The notes under the pieces were generated by a model, which was not told the DNA's origin, did not search any database, and worked only from the letters and a program-made list of their open reading frames with translations. A stretch of 58,987 nt of DNA from a virus (Duplodnaviria; Caudoviricetes), in the IMG/VR virus record IMGVR_UViG_3300013126_000003, positions 1 to 58,987 of that record; one strand, 5' to 3'. Below are positions 34,121 through 44,198 of this stretch, one piece after another (position 1 is the stretch's first letter; every line of letters begins with the position of its first letter). The position numbers and the translations under genes are program-made.

Positions 34121-34923
34121 TGGCCAAGATAAGTACATACCCTTCAGACTCATCAGTATCTCTTTCCGATAAACTTATTGGGACGGATGCTGAGAACGCT
34201 AACGCAACCAAGAATTATCTTATCTCAGACATCTTGGGTCTTGTTGATTTTAGTGGGTATGTCCCATATACAGGTGCTACAGGAAATGTTGATCTAGGCG
34301 CTAACAACTTTTCTGCAAATGCATTATCATCTAGTACAGCATCATTTAACGAGGCATCAACAGGGGACTTGTATGTAAACGGAGTTCTGTATTTAGATGG
34401 GGATGAGGGTACGTCAGGATATGTTTTAACCTCAAACGGGCCCGGTAATATCCCCGGATGGGAGCCAATTCCAACACCTTCGGGTGCTTCGGGTGTTTAT
34501 GGGTCTTATAGCAACCCGTTTGCTCAGTCCGTTACAGCTATAAATACCCCGCAATCTGTTGAGTTTTCTTCAACGATTGCTGAAAATGGTGTTTCATTAG
34601 TTTCGCTTACTCAGTTAACTATGTCTCAGATTGGAACTTACGAAGTAGAGGTTTCCTTTGCTGTAAACTCTACTTCAGGTACAAATAATTTTTGGTCGTG
34701 GATTTCTAAAAATGGAGTTGACGTTGTCGGATCAAATGGATTTCTATCTTTGAACGGGCTTAGAACGGTAACACGAACCTTTACCGTGACATGCACAACC
34801 ATTGGTGATTACTTTAAAATCAAATGGGTGTCTTCATCTGTCAATCTTTACTTGTATGCGGGAGTGTTAGCCTATGGTCCCGATGCGGTATCATCTTCTG
34901 TGTGTGTTAAAAAGATTAGCTAA
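34120..34923 (+). CDS. Putative fibre/structural protein
   Basis: MAKISTY...DKLIGTD...TKNY, YVPYTGATGNVDLG, beta-sandwich-like C-terminus. Confidence 0.7.
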   Translation: MAKISTYPSDSSVSLSDKLIGTDAENANATKNYLISDILGLVDFSGYVPYTGATGNVDLGANNFSANALSSSTASFNEASTGDLYVNGVLYLDGDEGTSGYVLTSNGPGNIPGWEPIPTPSGASGVYGSYSNPFAQSVTAINTPQSVEFSSTIAENGVSLVSLTQLTMSQIGTYEVEVSFAVNSTSGTNNFWSWISKNGVDVVGSNGFLSLNGLRTVTRTFTVTCTTIGDYFKIKWVSSSVNLYLYAGVLAYGPDAVSSSVCVKKIS

Positions 34924-35156
34924 TGCATTCAGGTGATATTCGTAAAATATCTATCGGCTCTGACTACAAAAATGCCATGCATTATGTAGTTGGTCAGCGC
35001 GTGCTTACTGATACTTACGAGATTCACCTTATCAAGTATGATGTCGCCAAGAGATCTATAAAAATCTACATCATAAACTCAAAAGAAGAAGTTCTTTTAT
35101 GGAAAGAGTTCAACTCTTCCGTGCCTATTTCAATCGAATTTAATATCAACTACTAA
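34923..35156 (+). CDS. Conserved hypothetical protein
   Basis: IRKISIGSDYKNAMHY...WKEFN. Confidence 0.75.
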   Translation: MHSGDIRKISIGSDYKNAMHYVVGQRVLTDTYEIHLIKYDVAKRSIKIYIINSKEEVLLWKEFNSSVPISIEFNINY

Positions 35157-35719
35157 TGAAATCACCCTTGTATTTTATAACAAGGCCATTAGAGGGAAAA
35201 AGATACAGCAACACAAAGAACATAGCAGGGGTGGAATTTATATTCAACACCTCAGAAGAAGAACATAAGTTTTCAAATCGTGAAGCTGTAGTTATAGAAA
35301 CTCCTCTTTGGTACAAAGGCCCTATAGTCCCGGGCGACACACTGCTTGTTCACCACAATGTGTTCAAGTTCTATAACGACATGAAGGGCCGCAGGAAAAG
35401 TGGCAAGAGTTTTTTCAAAGAAGACATCTTCCTTATTGATAATGAGCAATTCTACATGTACAAGCATGATGGAGAGTGGCATGCATACGATAGGTATTGC
35501 TTTGTAAAACCAATGCCGGCCGTTGAGTCTTACATTAAGAAGCCTTTCTCTGAAGAACCACTTATGGGCATCATGGCATACCCCAATGAGTACTTGCTTA
35601 GTCAAGGAGTAAAGGCCGGTGACTCGGTCATGTTTGCTCCCGATAGTGAGTATGAGTTTAATGTAGATGGAGAGAAGATGTACAGGATATTCGATCACCA
35701 AATTACTGCAGTCGTATGA
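35156..35719 (+). CDS. GroES-like fold protein (probably two tandem domains)
   Basis: Two units, IVPGDTLLV and VKAGDSVMF...VDGEKMYRI, each resembling Cpn10. Confidence 0.55.
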   Translation: MKSPLYFITRPLEGKRYSNTKNIAGVEFIFNTSEEEHKFSNREAVVIETPLWYKGPIVPGDTLLVHHNVFKFYNDMKGRRKSGKSFFKEDIFLIDNEQFYMYKHDGEWHAYDRYCFVKPMPAVESYIKKPFSEEPLMGIMAYPNEYLLSQGVKAGDSVMFAPDSEYEFNVDGEKMYRIFDHQITAVV

Positions 35720-36018
35720 AGATGGACCCAAAGAAATTAAAGCTCAAGATTATTGATGCCGGGTATAAAGCCGTAGAGCATCTCATTGAGGTAGCTGAAG
35801 AAAAGATTGTTCAGAAGATTATTGGAGAAGAGGGAGAGGTTTTCGAGTTAGCCGCTGACCGGCTCAAGAATGCCGCAGCCACTAAAAAAATAGCTATCTT
35901 TGATGCATTCGAGATACTTAATCGTATAGAGGCAGAGAAAGAATCTCTTGAATCTATAGAAAATGGACCAAGTAAAATCGACACAAAACAAGGGTTTGCT
36001 GAAAGAAGATCAAAATAA
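35716..36018 (+). CDS. terS: Probable terminase small subunit
   Basis: 100 aa helical protein directly upstream of, and overlapping, terL; called by position. Confidence 0.55.
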   Translation: MKMDPKKLKLKIIDAGYKAVEHLIEVAEEKIVQKIIGEEGEVFELAADRLKNAAATKKIAIFDAFEILNRIEAEKESLESIENGPSKIDTKQGFAERRSK

Positions 36019-38242
36019 TCTATACAGGGTACTCAGTGGATTCATACCGAAAGCTACATTAGCAAAAAACAACGCAAAGAAGGCTTGGGAGTATGGGTAC
36101 AACGAGGACTATGACATGATTGTCATTTCTAAGAACGGCACCATAGGTGAAGTCTACAACATAGAGGGGATAAACATAGCTCTCCCTGAATTATCTAGCG
36201 ATTGCTACAAGAGAAGGGAGACTAAAGAAGATCAGTATTGGGAGAGGCAAGAGTTGCCGCAACCATTGTCAAAAATCAAAACCATATTCCAATGGAATGA
36301 TACTCCATCTGAGTTTAAGAGCAGGTGGGTTGACTACATTGAGAAACAATTTGACTATCGCGAGGAAGGCTTTTGGTTTATGAATAATGGCAAGCCTACT
36401 TACGTCACGGGGTCTCATTGGATGTACCTGCAGTGGTCTAGTATTGATGTAGGCTATCCTGATTTTCGTGAAGCAAATAGAATCTTTTGGATATTTTGGG
36501 AGGCATGTAAAGCAGATGATAGATGCTTTGGTATGAACTACCTTAAGATACGCCGATCGGGATTCTCGTTCATGTCGTCATCGGAGTGTATCAACATAGG
36601 AACGCTCGTTAGAAATTCTCGAATAGGTATATTGTCAAAGACCGGAGACGATGCTAAGAAGATGTTTATTAACAAGGTTGTTCCTATTAACAGCCACCTT
36701 CCTTTTTTCTTCAAACCTGTTATGGATGGAATGGATAAGCCGAAAACTGAATTGGCGTATCGCGTTCCTGCTTCAAAGATTACGAAGAAGAACATGTTTG
36801 AAACTTCTGAGGAAGTGATGGAGGGTCTTGATACCACAATAGATTGGAAGAACACAGAAAGCAACTCATACGATGGAGAAAAACTAAAGCTACTTGTTCA
36901 TGATGAGAGTGGTAAATGGGTAAAGCCAAACAATATTAAAGAGAATTGGCGCGTAACAAAGACATGCTTACGACTAGGTCGAAAGATTATAGGAAAGTGT
37001 ATGATGGGGTCTACCTCTAATGCGTTGGCTAAAGGGGGACAGAACTTCAAAGATATGTTTGAAGACTCTCGCATTTCTACTCGAAATGCAAACGGACAAA
37101 CCAAGAGCGGGCTATACGCCTTGTTCATTCCAATGGAATGGAACATGGAAGGGTTCATTGATATTTACGGAATGCCGGTATTCAGAAAGCCCAAGACAAA
37201 AGTTAGAGGCATTGACGGTGGTTGGATCACCAACGGCGCCATTGACTTTTGGGAAGCTGAGGTTGAAGGATTAAAGAATGATGCTGACGCTCTTAATGAA
37301 TTTTACAGGCAGTATCCACGCACTGAGTCTCACGCATTCCGCGATGAGAGTAAGCAAGCATTGTTTAATCTAACTAAGATTTATCAGCAGATTGACTACA
37401 ACGACACGCTCATTAGAGATAGAGTTATTACCCGTGGAAACTTTATGTGGAGGGACGGGATTAAAGATACGTCAGTCATATTTAGCCCCGACAGAAATGG
37501 TAGGTTCTTCGTGAGTTGGACGCCCAACAAAAACCTTCAGAACAATGTGCATGTACGCAATGGGATAAAATACCCGGGCAATGAACATATCGGTTCGTTC
37601 GGGTGTGACCCTTACGATATCTCAGCTGTAGTGGATGGGCGTGGATCGAACGGCTCTCTTCATGGTATGACTAAATTCCATATGGACGAGGCGCCGGTAA
37701 ATGAGTTTTTCCTAGAGTATATCGCTCGACCGCAAACGGCAGAGATATTTTTCGAGGACGTGCTAATGGCTTGTGTGTTTTACGGAATGCCGGTGCTCGC
37801 GGAAAACAATAAGCCACGATTACTATATCATTTCAAAAACAGAGGGTACAGAGGGTTTGCCATGAACAGGCCCGACAAGGTGTATGCGAAGCTGTCTAAT
37901 ACAGAAAAAGAACTTGGGGGTATACCTAATACCTCTGAAGATATTAAGCAGTCTCACGCGTCTGCAATCGAGTCGTATGTAGAAAAATACATAGGCTTCG
38001 ATACCTTGGGTACATACAGAGAGCCTGACGTTGTAGGCAACATGCCATTCACAAGAACACTAGAAGATTGGGCAAAGTTCGATATAAATAACCGGACAAA
38101 GTTTGACGCCTCTATTAGCTCAGGGTTGGCTATCATGGCTAATCAAAAACATATGTATGTGCCTGAGAAAAAAGAAAGGAAAATAAGTGTTAACTTTGCG
38201 AGATATAGCAACAAAGGAACTACAAGCGAAATAATTAGATGA
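35963..38242 (+). CDS. terL: Terminase large subunit
   Basis: Walker A variant LKIRRSGFS, Walker B LLVHDESGK, MGST and nuclease motif FGCDPYD. Confidence 0.92.
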   Translation: MDQVKSTQNKGLLKEDQNNLYRVLSGFIPKATLAKNNAKKAWEYGYNEDYDMIVISKNGTIGEVYNIEGINIALPELSSDCYKRRETKEDQYWERQELPQPLSKIKTIFQWNDTPSEFKSRWVDYIEKQFDYREEGFWFMNNGKPTYVTGSHWMYLQWSSIDVGYPDFREANRIFWIFWEACKADDRCFGMNYLKIRRSGFSFMSSSECINIGTLVRNSRIGILSKTGDDAKKMFINKVVPINSHLPFFFKPVMDGMDKPKTELAYRVPASKITKKNMFETSEEVMEGLDTTIDWKNTESNSYDGEKLKLLVHDESGKWVKPNNIKENWRVTKTCLRLGRKIIGKCMMGSTSNALAKGGQNFKDMFEDSRISTRNANGQTKSGLYALFIPMEWNMEGFIDIYGMPVFRKPKTKVRGIDGGWITNGAIDFWEAEVEGLKNDADALNEFYRQYPRTESHAFRDESKQALFNLTKIYQQIDYNDTLIRDRVITRGNFMWRDGIKDTSVIFSPDRNGRFFVSWTPNKNLQNNVHVRNGIKYPGNEHIGSFGCDPYDISAVVDGRGSNGSLHGMTKFHMDEAPVNEFFLEYIARPQTAEIFFEDVLMACVFYGMPVLAENNKPRLLYHFKNRGYRGFAMNRPDKVYAKLSNTEKELGGIPNTSEDIKQSHASAIESYVEKYIGFDTLGTYREPDVVGNMPFTRTLEDWAKFDINNRTKFDASISSGLAIMANQKHMYVPEKKERKISVNFARYSNKGTTSEIIR
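38191..38198 (+). promoter_or_regulatory. Possible -7 element for the portal gene, inside the 3' end of terL
   Basis: TAACTTTG 40 nt before ATG 38239. Confidence 0.4.
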
Positions 38243-40674
38243 AAGACGTAGTAATAAAAGTATCCTCTACGGCATTCCCAAATCAGTTTAAGCCCGATTC
38301 TGAAAAGGCAAAGATTGAATATGGATTGCAGGTAGGGCAAGCCATTCAGTATGAGTGGTTTAGAAAGGATGGAAATAAATGCAGATACTACGGGCAGTGG
38401 AGAGACTTTCACAGGCTTCGCTTGTATGCTCGCGGTGAGCAGTCGGTTGGTAAATACAAGAACGAACTTGCTATTGATGGCGACTTGTCCTACTTGAATT
38501 TAGATTGGACTCCTGTTCCAATCATTCCAAAATTTGTGGACATTGTTGTCAACGGAATGTCCGATCGCTTGTTTAAGGTTAAGGCATATGCGCAAGACGC
38601 AATGTCTCAGGCTAATAGAAGTAAGTATCAAGATATGCTTGAGGGGCAGATGGCCGCCAAGGACATCCTTACAATCATTCAGCAGAAGACAGGTGCCGAT
38701 CCATTTATGATGGACCCCGATGAGTTGCCTGAAAGCGATGATGAGATGAATCTTTACATGCAGCTCAACTACAAGCCTGCTATTGAGATTGCTGAAGAAG
38801 AGGCTATCAATACAATCCTTGCAGAAAACCACTACGAGGATGTTAGAAAGCGAATAGACTACGACCAAACTGTGTTGGGTATTGGCGTGGCAAAGCACGA
38901 GTTCCTTCCCGGTGCAGGCATTCAGATATCTTATGTTGACCCGGCTAACGTGGTGTATAGCTACACCGAGGACCCATACTTTAGAGACTGCTTTTATTGG
39001 GGTGAGATTAAAACTCTTCCGATCACAGAGTTACTAAAGATTGACCCGACTCTTACCAACGAAAACCTTGAAGAGATTTCTAAGTATAGTCAAAGTTGGT
39101 ATGACTACTACAATGTAGCTCAGTTCTACGAGAACAGCATGTTTCATAGAGATACCTGCACTTTGCTTTACTTTAACTATAAGACTACCAAGAAGGTGGT
39201 GTACAAGAAAAAGTATCTTGAAGGAGGTGGGGTTCGTTACATTGAGAAAGGAGAAGAGTTTAACCCTCCTGCTGAAATGATGGCAGAAGGCGGCTTTGAA
39301 AAAGTTGAGAAGACTATTGATGTTTGGTACAATGGCGTTATGGTTATGGGTACCAATATCATGCTCAAATGGGAGTTAGCAGAGAACATGGTTCGCCCTA
39401 AATCTGCATCGCAACACGCGCTTCCAAACTATGTGGCCTGCGCGCCACGCATGTACAAGGGTGTTGTTGAATCCCTTGTTCGACGAATGATTCCGTTTGC
39501 TGACCTTATTCAGATTACTCACTTAAAACTACAGCAAGTTATTGCGCGCACCGTCCCTGATGGCGTGTTCATTGATGCTGACGGTCTTAATGAGGTTGAC
39601 TTGGGCACGGGCGCAGCTTACAATCCCGAGGACGCGCTTCGATTGTATTTCCAAACGGGTAGCGTAATTGGACGTAGCTACACGCAGGATGGTGAGTTTA
39701 ACAATGCGCGAGTTCCTATTACTCAGCTTACATCAAACTCAGGATTTTCTAAAACTCAGATGTTGATTGCTAACTACAATCACTATCTTGATATGATTCG
39801 CTCTGTAACCGGCCTTAATGAGGCACGGGATGGTAGCACACCTGACCCTGACTCGTTAGTTGGTTTACAGAAGTTAGCAGCGCTTAACTCAAACACAGCT
39901 ACCCGTCATATCCTTGAGGGCGGCCTTCACATATATCGCTCGATAGCTGAGGGGTTAACCTATCGCATTTCTGACATTTTAGAGTATGCAGACTTCAAGG
40001 AAGACTTTGCTAATAAAATCGGGAAGTATAATGTGTCCATCCTTAATGAAATCAAAGACCTTTACATCTACGACTTTGGAATCTTCATCGAGATTTCTCC
40101 TGATGAAGAAGAGAAAGCTCAACTCGAAGCAAACATACAAACAGCATTGGCTAAAGGAAACATTGATATTGAAGATGCTATTGACATTAGAGAGATTAGG
40201 AATACCAAACTCGCTAACCAATTACTTAAGCTGAAGCGAAACAAGAAGCAAGACCGAGAGGAGAAGATGGAGATGCAAAAACAAGCTATGGTTGCGCAAC
40301 AGAACTTAAAAGCTCAAGAGTTGGCAGGTCAAGTAGCTATGCAGAAAATCCAAATGGAGTCTCAGTCTAAGATGCAAATCAAGCAGGCTGAGGTAGCATT
40401 TGACATTGAGCGAATGAAGCAGGAGGCTGCGCTTAAAGCTCAGCTTATGGCTGAGGAGTTTAAGTACAACCAACAGCTTGCGCAGATTCAATCAGGCGCC
40501 CTCAACGAAAGAGACATGAAGAAGGAAGAGGCGAAGGATAAGAGAATAAGTATTCAAAATACACAGCAATCAAAATTGATTGAACAGAGAAAGAACAACC
40601 TTCCGTCATTAAACTTTGAATCCAACGAAGATAGCCTAGATGGATTCGATTTTGGGGAGTTTGAGCCTCGATAA
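38239..40674 (+). CDS. Portal protein
   Basis: 811 aa after terL; PIIPKFVDIVV, TGLNEARDG and a C-terminal Gln-rich coiled-coil barrel (P22/crAss-type). Confidence 0.85.
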   Translation: MKDVVIKVSSTAFPNQFKPDSEKAKIEYGLQVGQAIQYEWFRKDGNKCRYYGQWRDFHRLRLYARGEQSVGKYKNELAIDGDLSYLNLDWTPVPIIPKFVDIVVNGMSDRLFKVKAYAQDAMSQANRSKYQDMLEGQMAAKDILTIIQQKTGADPFMMDPDELPESDDEMNLYMQLNYKPAIEIAEEEAINTILAENHYEDVRKRIDYDQTVLGIGVAKHEFLPGAGIQISYVDPANVVYSYTEDPYFRDCFYWGEIKTLPITELLKIDPTLTNENLEEISKYSQSWYDYYNVAQFYENSMFHRDTCTLLYFNYKTTKKVVYKKKYLEGGGVRYIEKGEEFNPPAEMMAEGGFEKVEKTIDVWYNGVMVMGTNIMLKWELAENMVRPKSASQHALPNYVACAPRMYKGVVESLVRRMIPFADLIQITHLKLQQVIARTVPDGVFIDADGLNEVDLGTGAAYNPEDALRLYFQTGSVIGRSYTQDGEFNNARVPITQLTSNSGFSKTQMLIANYNHYLDMIRSVTGLNEARDGSTPDPDSLVGLQKLAALNSNTATRHILEGGLHIYRSIAEGLTYRISDILEYADFKEDFANKIGKYNVSILNEIKDLYIYDFGIFIEISPDEEEKAQLEANIQTALAKGNIDIEDAIDIREIRNTKLANQLLKLKRNKKQDREEKMEMQKQAMVAQQNLKAQELAGQVAMQKIQMESQSKMQIKQAEVAFDIERMKQEAALKAQLMAEEFKYNQQLAQIQSGALNERDMKKEEAKDKRISIQNTQQSKLIEQRKNNLPSLNFESNEDSLDGFDFGEFEPR

Positions 40675-40694
40675 AATCGTATTAGAATTTTGCT

Positions 40695-40702
40695 TAACTT
40701 TG
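40695..40702 (+). promoter_or_regulatory. Bacteroidota -7 element for the scaffold-capsid operon
   Basis: TAACTTTG 15 nt before ATG 40718. Confidence 0.65.
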
Positions 40703-40717
40703 TGAAAATTAAATCAA

Positions 40718-41821
40718 ATGGAAAACATTAAAGTTAGATTAGTAGAAGGCACTGAAACAAAAGGTGTGGCAGAAAGAGAAGCTGAGTTGTTAGCGAACCA
40801 CGAGGCAGAGCAAGCAGCAGCGCAAGCAGCGGCAGAGGCAGCAGCAGCGGCAGAAAATCCTCCCGCAGAAGATGAAGAGCCGGAGTCTACTGAACTAAAA
40901 GAAGAAGACGTTCTTTCATATATTGGTAAACGATACAATAAGCAAATCAACTCATTTGAAGAGTTGATGGCTGAACGTAGTCAGGCAGAGGAAATGCCCG
41001 AGGACGTAGCTGCTTATATGAAATACAAGAAGGAGACAGGCCGTGGATTTGAAGACTTCCTCAAATTGAGAAAAGACTTTGACACGATGGACCCCGATCA
41101 ACTTCTTAAAGAATACATGAGTGCGACTCAACAGGGTCTTGACCCGGAGGATATCGACGTTATGATGGAGGAATACCAATATGACGAAGAACTCGATGAT
41201 GAGTCAACCGTGAAGCGAGTAAAAATCGCTAAGAAAAAAGCTGTTGCTGAAGCGAAGAAATTCTTCAATCAACAAAAGGAGCAATACAAGTTGCCGCTTG
41301 AGTCAAGCGTATCAGCTGTTCCTGATGAGGAGAAAGAGGAGTACGAAGCGTATAAGCAATACACCAAGCAAGCTAAGACTTTGCAGGAAGAAAACGAGCG
41401 CAAAGCACGATGGTTTGAGAACAAGACTAACGAGTTGTTTAATGGAGAGTTCAAAGGTTTTGAGTTCAATATAGATGACAAGACTGTTAAATTCACACCC
41501 GGAGATGCTTCCGAGCTTAAGAGAGCCCAATCAAGTCCGATGAACCTTATCGGTAAATTCTTAGATGAGAACGGGATGATTAAGGATGCCGTTGGATACC
41601 ACAGAGCATTAGCTGTTGCAATGAACCCGGAGAAGTTTGCCAAGTTCTTTTACGAACAAGGAGTGGCGAGCGCAACGGACGACGTGATGAGAAGAACAAA
41701 AAACATCAACATGTCAGAACGTGCAGCTCCTCAAGTAGCAACTCCGGGAGGTTTTCAGGTTAAAGCTGTTAATCCTGACTCCGGAAGAAAATTAAAAATA
41801 AGCAGCGCAAAAAAACTATAA
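40718..41821 (+). CDS. Putative scaffolding protein
   Basis: Acidic helical protein between the portal and capsid genes. Confidence 0.7.
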   Translation: MENIKVRLVEGTETKGVAEREAELLANHEAEQAAAQAAAEAAAAAENPPAEDEEPESTELKEEDVLSYIGKRYNKQINSFEELMAERSQAEEMPEDVAAYMKYKKETGRGFEDFLKLRKDFDTMDPDQLLKEYMSATQQGLDPEDIDVMMEEYQYDEELDDESTVKRVKIAKKKAVAEAKKFFNQQKEQYKLPLESSVSAVPDEEKEEYEAYKQYTKQAKTLQEENERKARWFENKTNELFNGEFKGFEFNIDDKTVKFTPGDASELKRAQSSPMNLIGKFLDENGMIKDAVGYHRALAVAMNPEKFAKFFYEQGVASATDDVMRRTKNINMSERAAPQVATPGGFQVKAVNPDSGRKLKISSAKKL

Positions 41822-41839
41822 AACTAAAAAAGTAAAAAA

Positions 41840-43300
41840 ATGGCTAGTGCTTTATTAAGCTCTCCGAGCTACAATTTGCAACCGTCAGCCGAGCAGGTTG
41901 CTTTGCAAACCAATTACATACCATCTAACGGATTCAACTTCTTGACTCAGTATCTTCCTGATACTTATGAGAAAGAATTTGAGCGTTATGGTAATCGTAC
42001 CGTATCATCATTCTTACGAATGGTAGGTGCTGAGATGCCGTCTAATTCTGACCAAATCAAATGGGCAGAGCAAGGACGTCTTCACATTAAATACACAAGT
42101 GTAGGATGTTCTGCTGCTACTGCTGCAGGCTCTCCTACAGCTACTTTCCAAATCAACGATTCGGGAGTAACATCTTCCGCTATTCGTACAGGTCAGACTG
42201 TTATGCTTCAAAGAAACACCACCGGTGTTTACAACAAAGCTATCGTAACAGCTGTTTCAACTCCGACCGGTGGTCCTTACACTTTTACTGTTGCTTTCTA
42301 CGAAGGAACAGGTTTGGCCGCTGTAGGTACAGGTGTAGGAAACGCTGACTTCACCGTATTTATTTACGGTTCTGAGTTCAAGAAAGGAACCACCGGAATG
42401 GTTGGATCATTGGAAGGTGAAGATGACATCTTCTCTAACAACCCAATCATCATCAAAGACAAGTACGCTGTCAATGGCTCTGACATGGCTCAAATCGGAT
42501 GGGTAGAAGTTACTACCGAGAACGGTGCTAACGGATACCTTTGGTATTTGAAATCAGAACACGAGACTCGTCTTCGTTTTGAAGACTACTTGGAGACTGC
42601 AATGATCGAAGCTGTTCCTGCTGTGACAGGCGCCGGCGGCGGTGCTGCAGCCGCAGGATATGTGGGGTCTCAAGGGGTGTTCTATGTTGTTAACGCTCGC
42701 GGTAACGTATGGGGAGGTGGTACTCCAACCTCATTGGCAGATTGGGATTCTATCGTATCTCGCTTAGACAAGCAAGGAGCTATCGAAGAAAACGTAATCT
42801 TCGCTAACCGTCAGTTAAGTTTCGACATCGACAACATGTTGGCCACATTGAACGGTTTCAACGGCTCTTTAGCTGCAGGTGCTGCTTCATTCGGTCTTTT
42901 CGACAACGACACTGAGATGGCGTTGAACTTAGGATTCACCGGATTCCGTCGTGGATATGACTTCTACAAGTCTGATTGGAAATACTTGAACGACCCAACC
43001 ATGCGCGGAGGTCTTAACGCTACCGCTGCAACCGCAACAGGTACCGTTACAGGTATGTTAGTACCTGCAGGTTCTACCTCAGTGTACGATCAGATTATGG
43101 GTAAAAACGCTAAGCGTCCATTCTTGCACGTTCGCTATCGCGCTACAGAAGCTGAAGATCGTCGTTACAAAACGTGGATCACAGGTTCTGCCGGAGGTGC
43201 TGCAACAAGCGACCTTGACGCAATGGAGGTTAACTTCCTTTCTGAGCGCTGCGTATGTACCTTGGGCGCAAACAACTTCGTATTATTCCGTTACGGATAA
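41840..43300 (+). CDS. Major capsid protein
   Basis: 486 aa after the scaffold gene, followed by a strong terminator; IKWAEQGRLH and C-terminal LSERCVCTLGANNF. Confidence 0.85.
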   Translation: MASALLSSPSYNLQPSAEQVALQTNYIPSNGFNFLTQYLPDTYEKEFERYGNRTVSSFLRMVGAEMPSNSDQIKWAEQGRLHIKYTSVGCSAATAAGSPTATFQINDSGVTSSAIRTGQTVMLQRNTTGVYNKAIVTAVSTPTGGPYTFTVAFYEGTGLAAVGTGVGNADFTVFIYGSEFKKGTTGMVGSLEGEDDIFSNNPIIIKDKYAVNGSDMAQIGWVEVTTENGANGYLWYLKSEHETRLRFEDYLETAMIEAVPAVTGAGGGAAAAGYVGSQGVFYVVNARGNVWGGGTPTSLADWDSIVSRLDKQGAIEENVIFANRQLSFDIDNMLATLNGFNGSLAAGAASFGLFDNDTEMALNLGFTGFRRGYDFYKSDWKYLNDPTMRGGLNATAATATGTVTGMLVPAGSTSVYDQIMGKNAKRPFLHVRYRATEAEDRRYKTWITGSAGGAATSDLDAMEVNFLSERCVCTLGANNFVLFRYG

Positions 43301-43314
43301 TCGTTGTAAAAATA

Positions 43315-43347
43315 AAGGGGAGTGTCCATACGGGCACTTCCTTTTTT
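43315..43347 (+). terminator. Intrinsic terminator after the capsid gene
   Basis: AAGGGGAGTGTCC-ATAC-GGGCACTTCCTT followed by a T run. Confidence 0.85.
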
Positions 43348-43348
43348 A

Positions 43349-43356
43349 TACCTTTG
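43349..43356 (+). promoter_or_regulatory. Bacteroidota -7 element
   Basis: TACCTTTG directly after the terminator. Confidence 0.65.
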
Positions 43357-43379
43357 TTTCATAAATTAAATCATATCAA

Positions 43380-44132
43380 ATGTCTATCAAAAAACCCGCT
43401 ACACCTACTGATAAGGTGTATAGATTAGTAAACGGCTCGCCGCTGTCTTACACACTTCCTTCTCGCAACCATCCGCGATTCCCGCTTATGTGGTATGATG
43501 AGAGCAACAATGTTAACCGCGCACTTCGATATGCGGTAAATCAAAAATCACCATTTGAGGACCAACAGGATGGCAACGCTATCATGGACCCTATTGTTTT
43601 TGAAGATGGATTACTTCGTGTTCCAAAGCAAAACCCTGTTCTTCAGGAGTTCTTAAGTTACCACCCATTCAACGGAGTTGTATTCGTTGAGGTAGATAAA
43701 GAGAAGGATGCTCGTGAAGAAGTTGAAGACTTGAACCTTGAGGTGGACGCTCTTATTGAGGCACGCAACTTATCGCTTGATCAAGTTGAGATGGTCACTC
43801 GTGTCATGTTTGGCAAAGACCCATCACTTATCTCTACAGCTGAGCTCAAGAGAGACATCTTGGTGTTTGCTAAGCAAGACCCAAAGACCTTCCTTTCAAT
43901 CATCAACGACCCTGAATTGCTTCAGCAAGATAAGATTCACTTGTTCTTTGAGAGAGGATTGCTTGTCGTTAAAAATAACGGAAAGGATATCTACTTCAAT
44001 ACTCCTACCAACAAAAAGAAAATGTGCTCCATTCCTTTTGGAGAAGACCAATACATAGTGGCCGACCACTTCCTCAGAAGTGACGATGGGATCGACCATC
44101 TGAAGATGTTGGACACCCTCATTGAGGAGTAA
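43380..44132 (+). CDS. Conserved hypothetical protein downstream of the capsid gene
   Basis: 250 aa with its own promoter and terminator. Confidence 0.8.
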   Translation: MSIKKPATPTDKVYRLVNGSPLSYTLPSRNHPRFPLMWYDESNNVNRALRYAVNQKSPFEDQQDGNAIMDPIVFEDGLLRVPKQNPVLQEFLSYHPFNGVVFVEVDKEKDAREEVEDLNLEVDALIEARNLSLDQVEMVTRVMFGKDPSLISTAELKRDILVFAKQDPKTFLSIINDPELLQQDKIHLFFERGLLVVKNNGKDIYFNTPTNKKKMCSIPFGEDQYIVADHFLRSDDGIDHLKMLDTLIEE

Positions 44133-44147
44133 CAAACCATAAAAGAT

Positions 44148-44174
44148 TAGGGGCTTACGAGCCCCTATTTTTTT
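44148..44174 (+). terminator. Intrinsic terminator
   Basis: TAGGGGCT-TACG-AGCCCCTA followed by TTTTTTT. Confidence 0.85.
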
Positions 44175-44176
44175 AC

Positions 44177-44184
44177 TATCTTTG
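44177..44184 (+). promoter_or_regulatory. Bacteroidota -7 element for the tail operon
   Basis: TATCTTTG 14 nt before ATG 44199. Confidence 0.65.
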
Positions 44185-44198
44185 TAGAAAAGAAGGCA

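Noticed and set aside
40800-40856. GCA/GCG microsatellite-like tract
   Set aside because: It simply encodes the poly-Ala linker of the scaffold protein.
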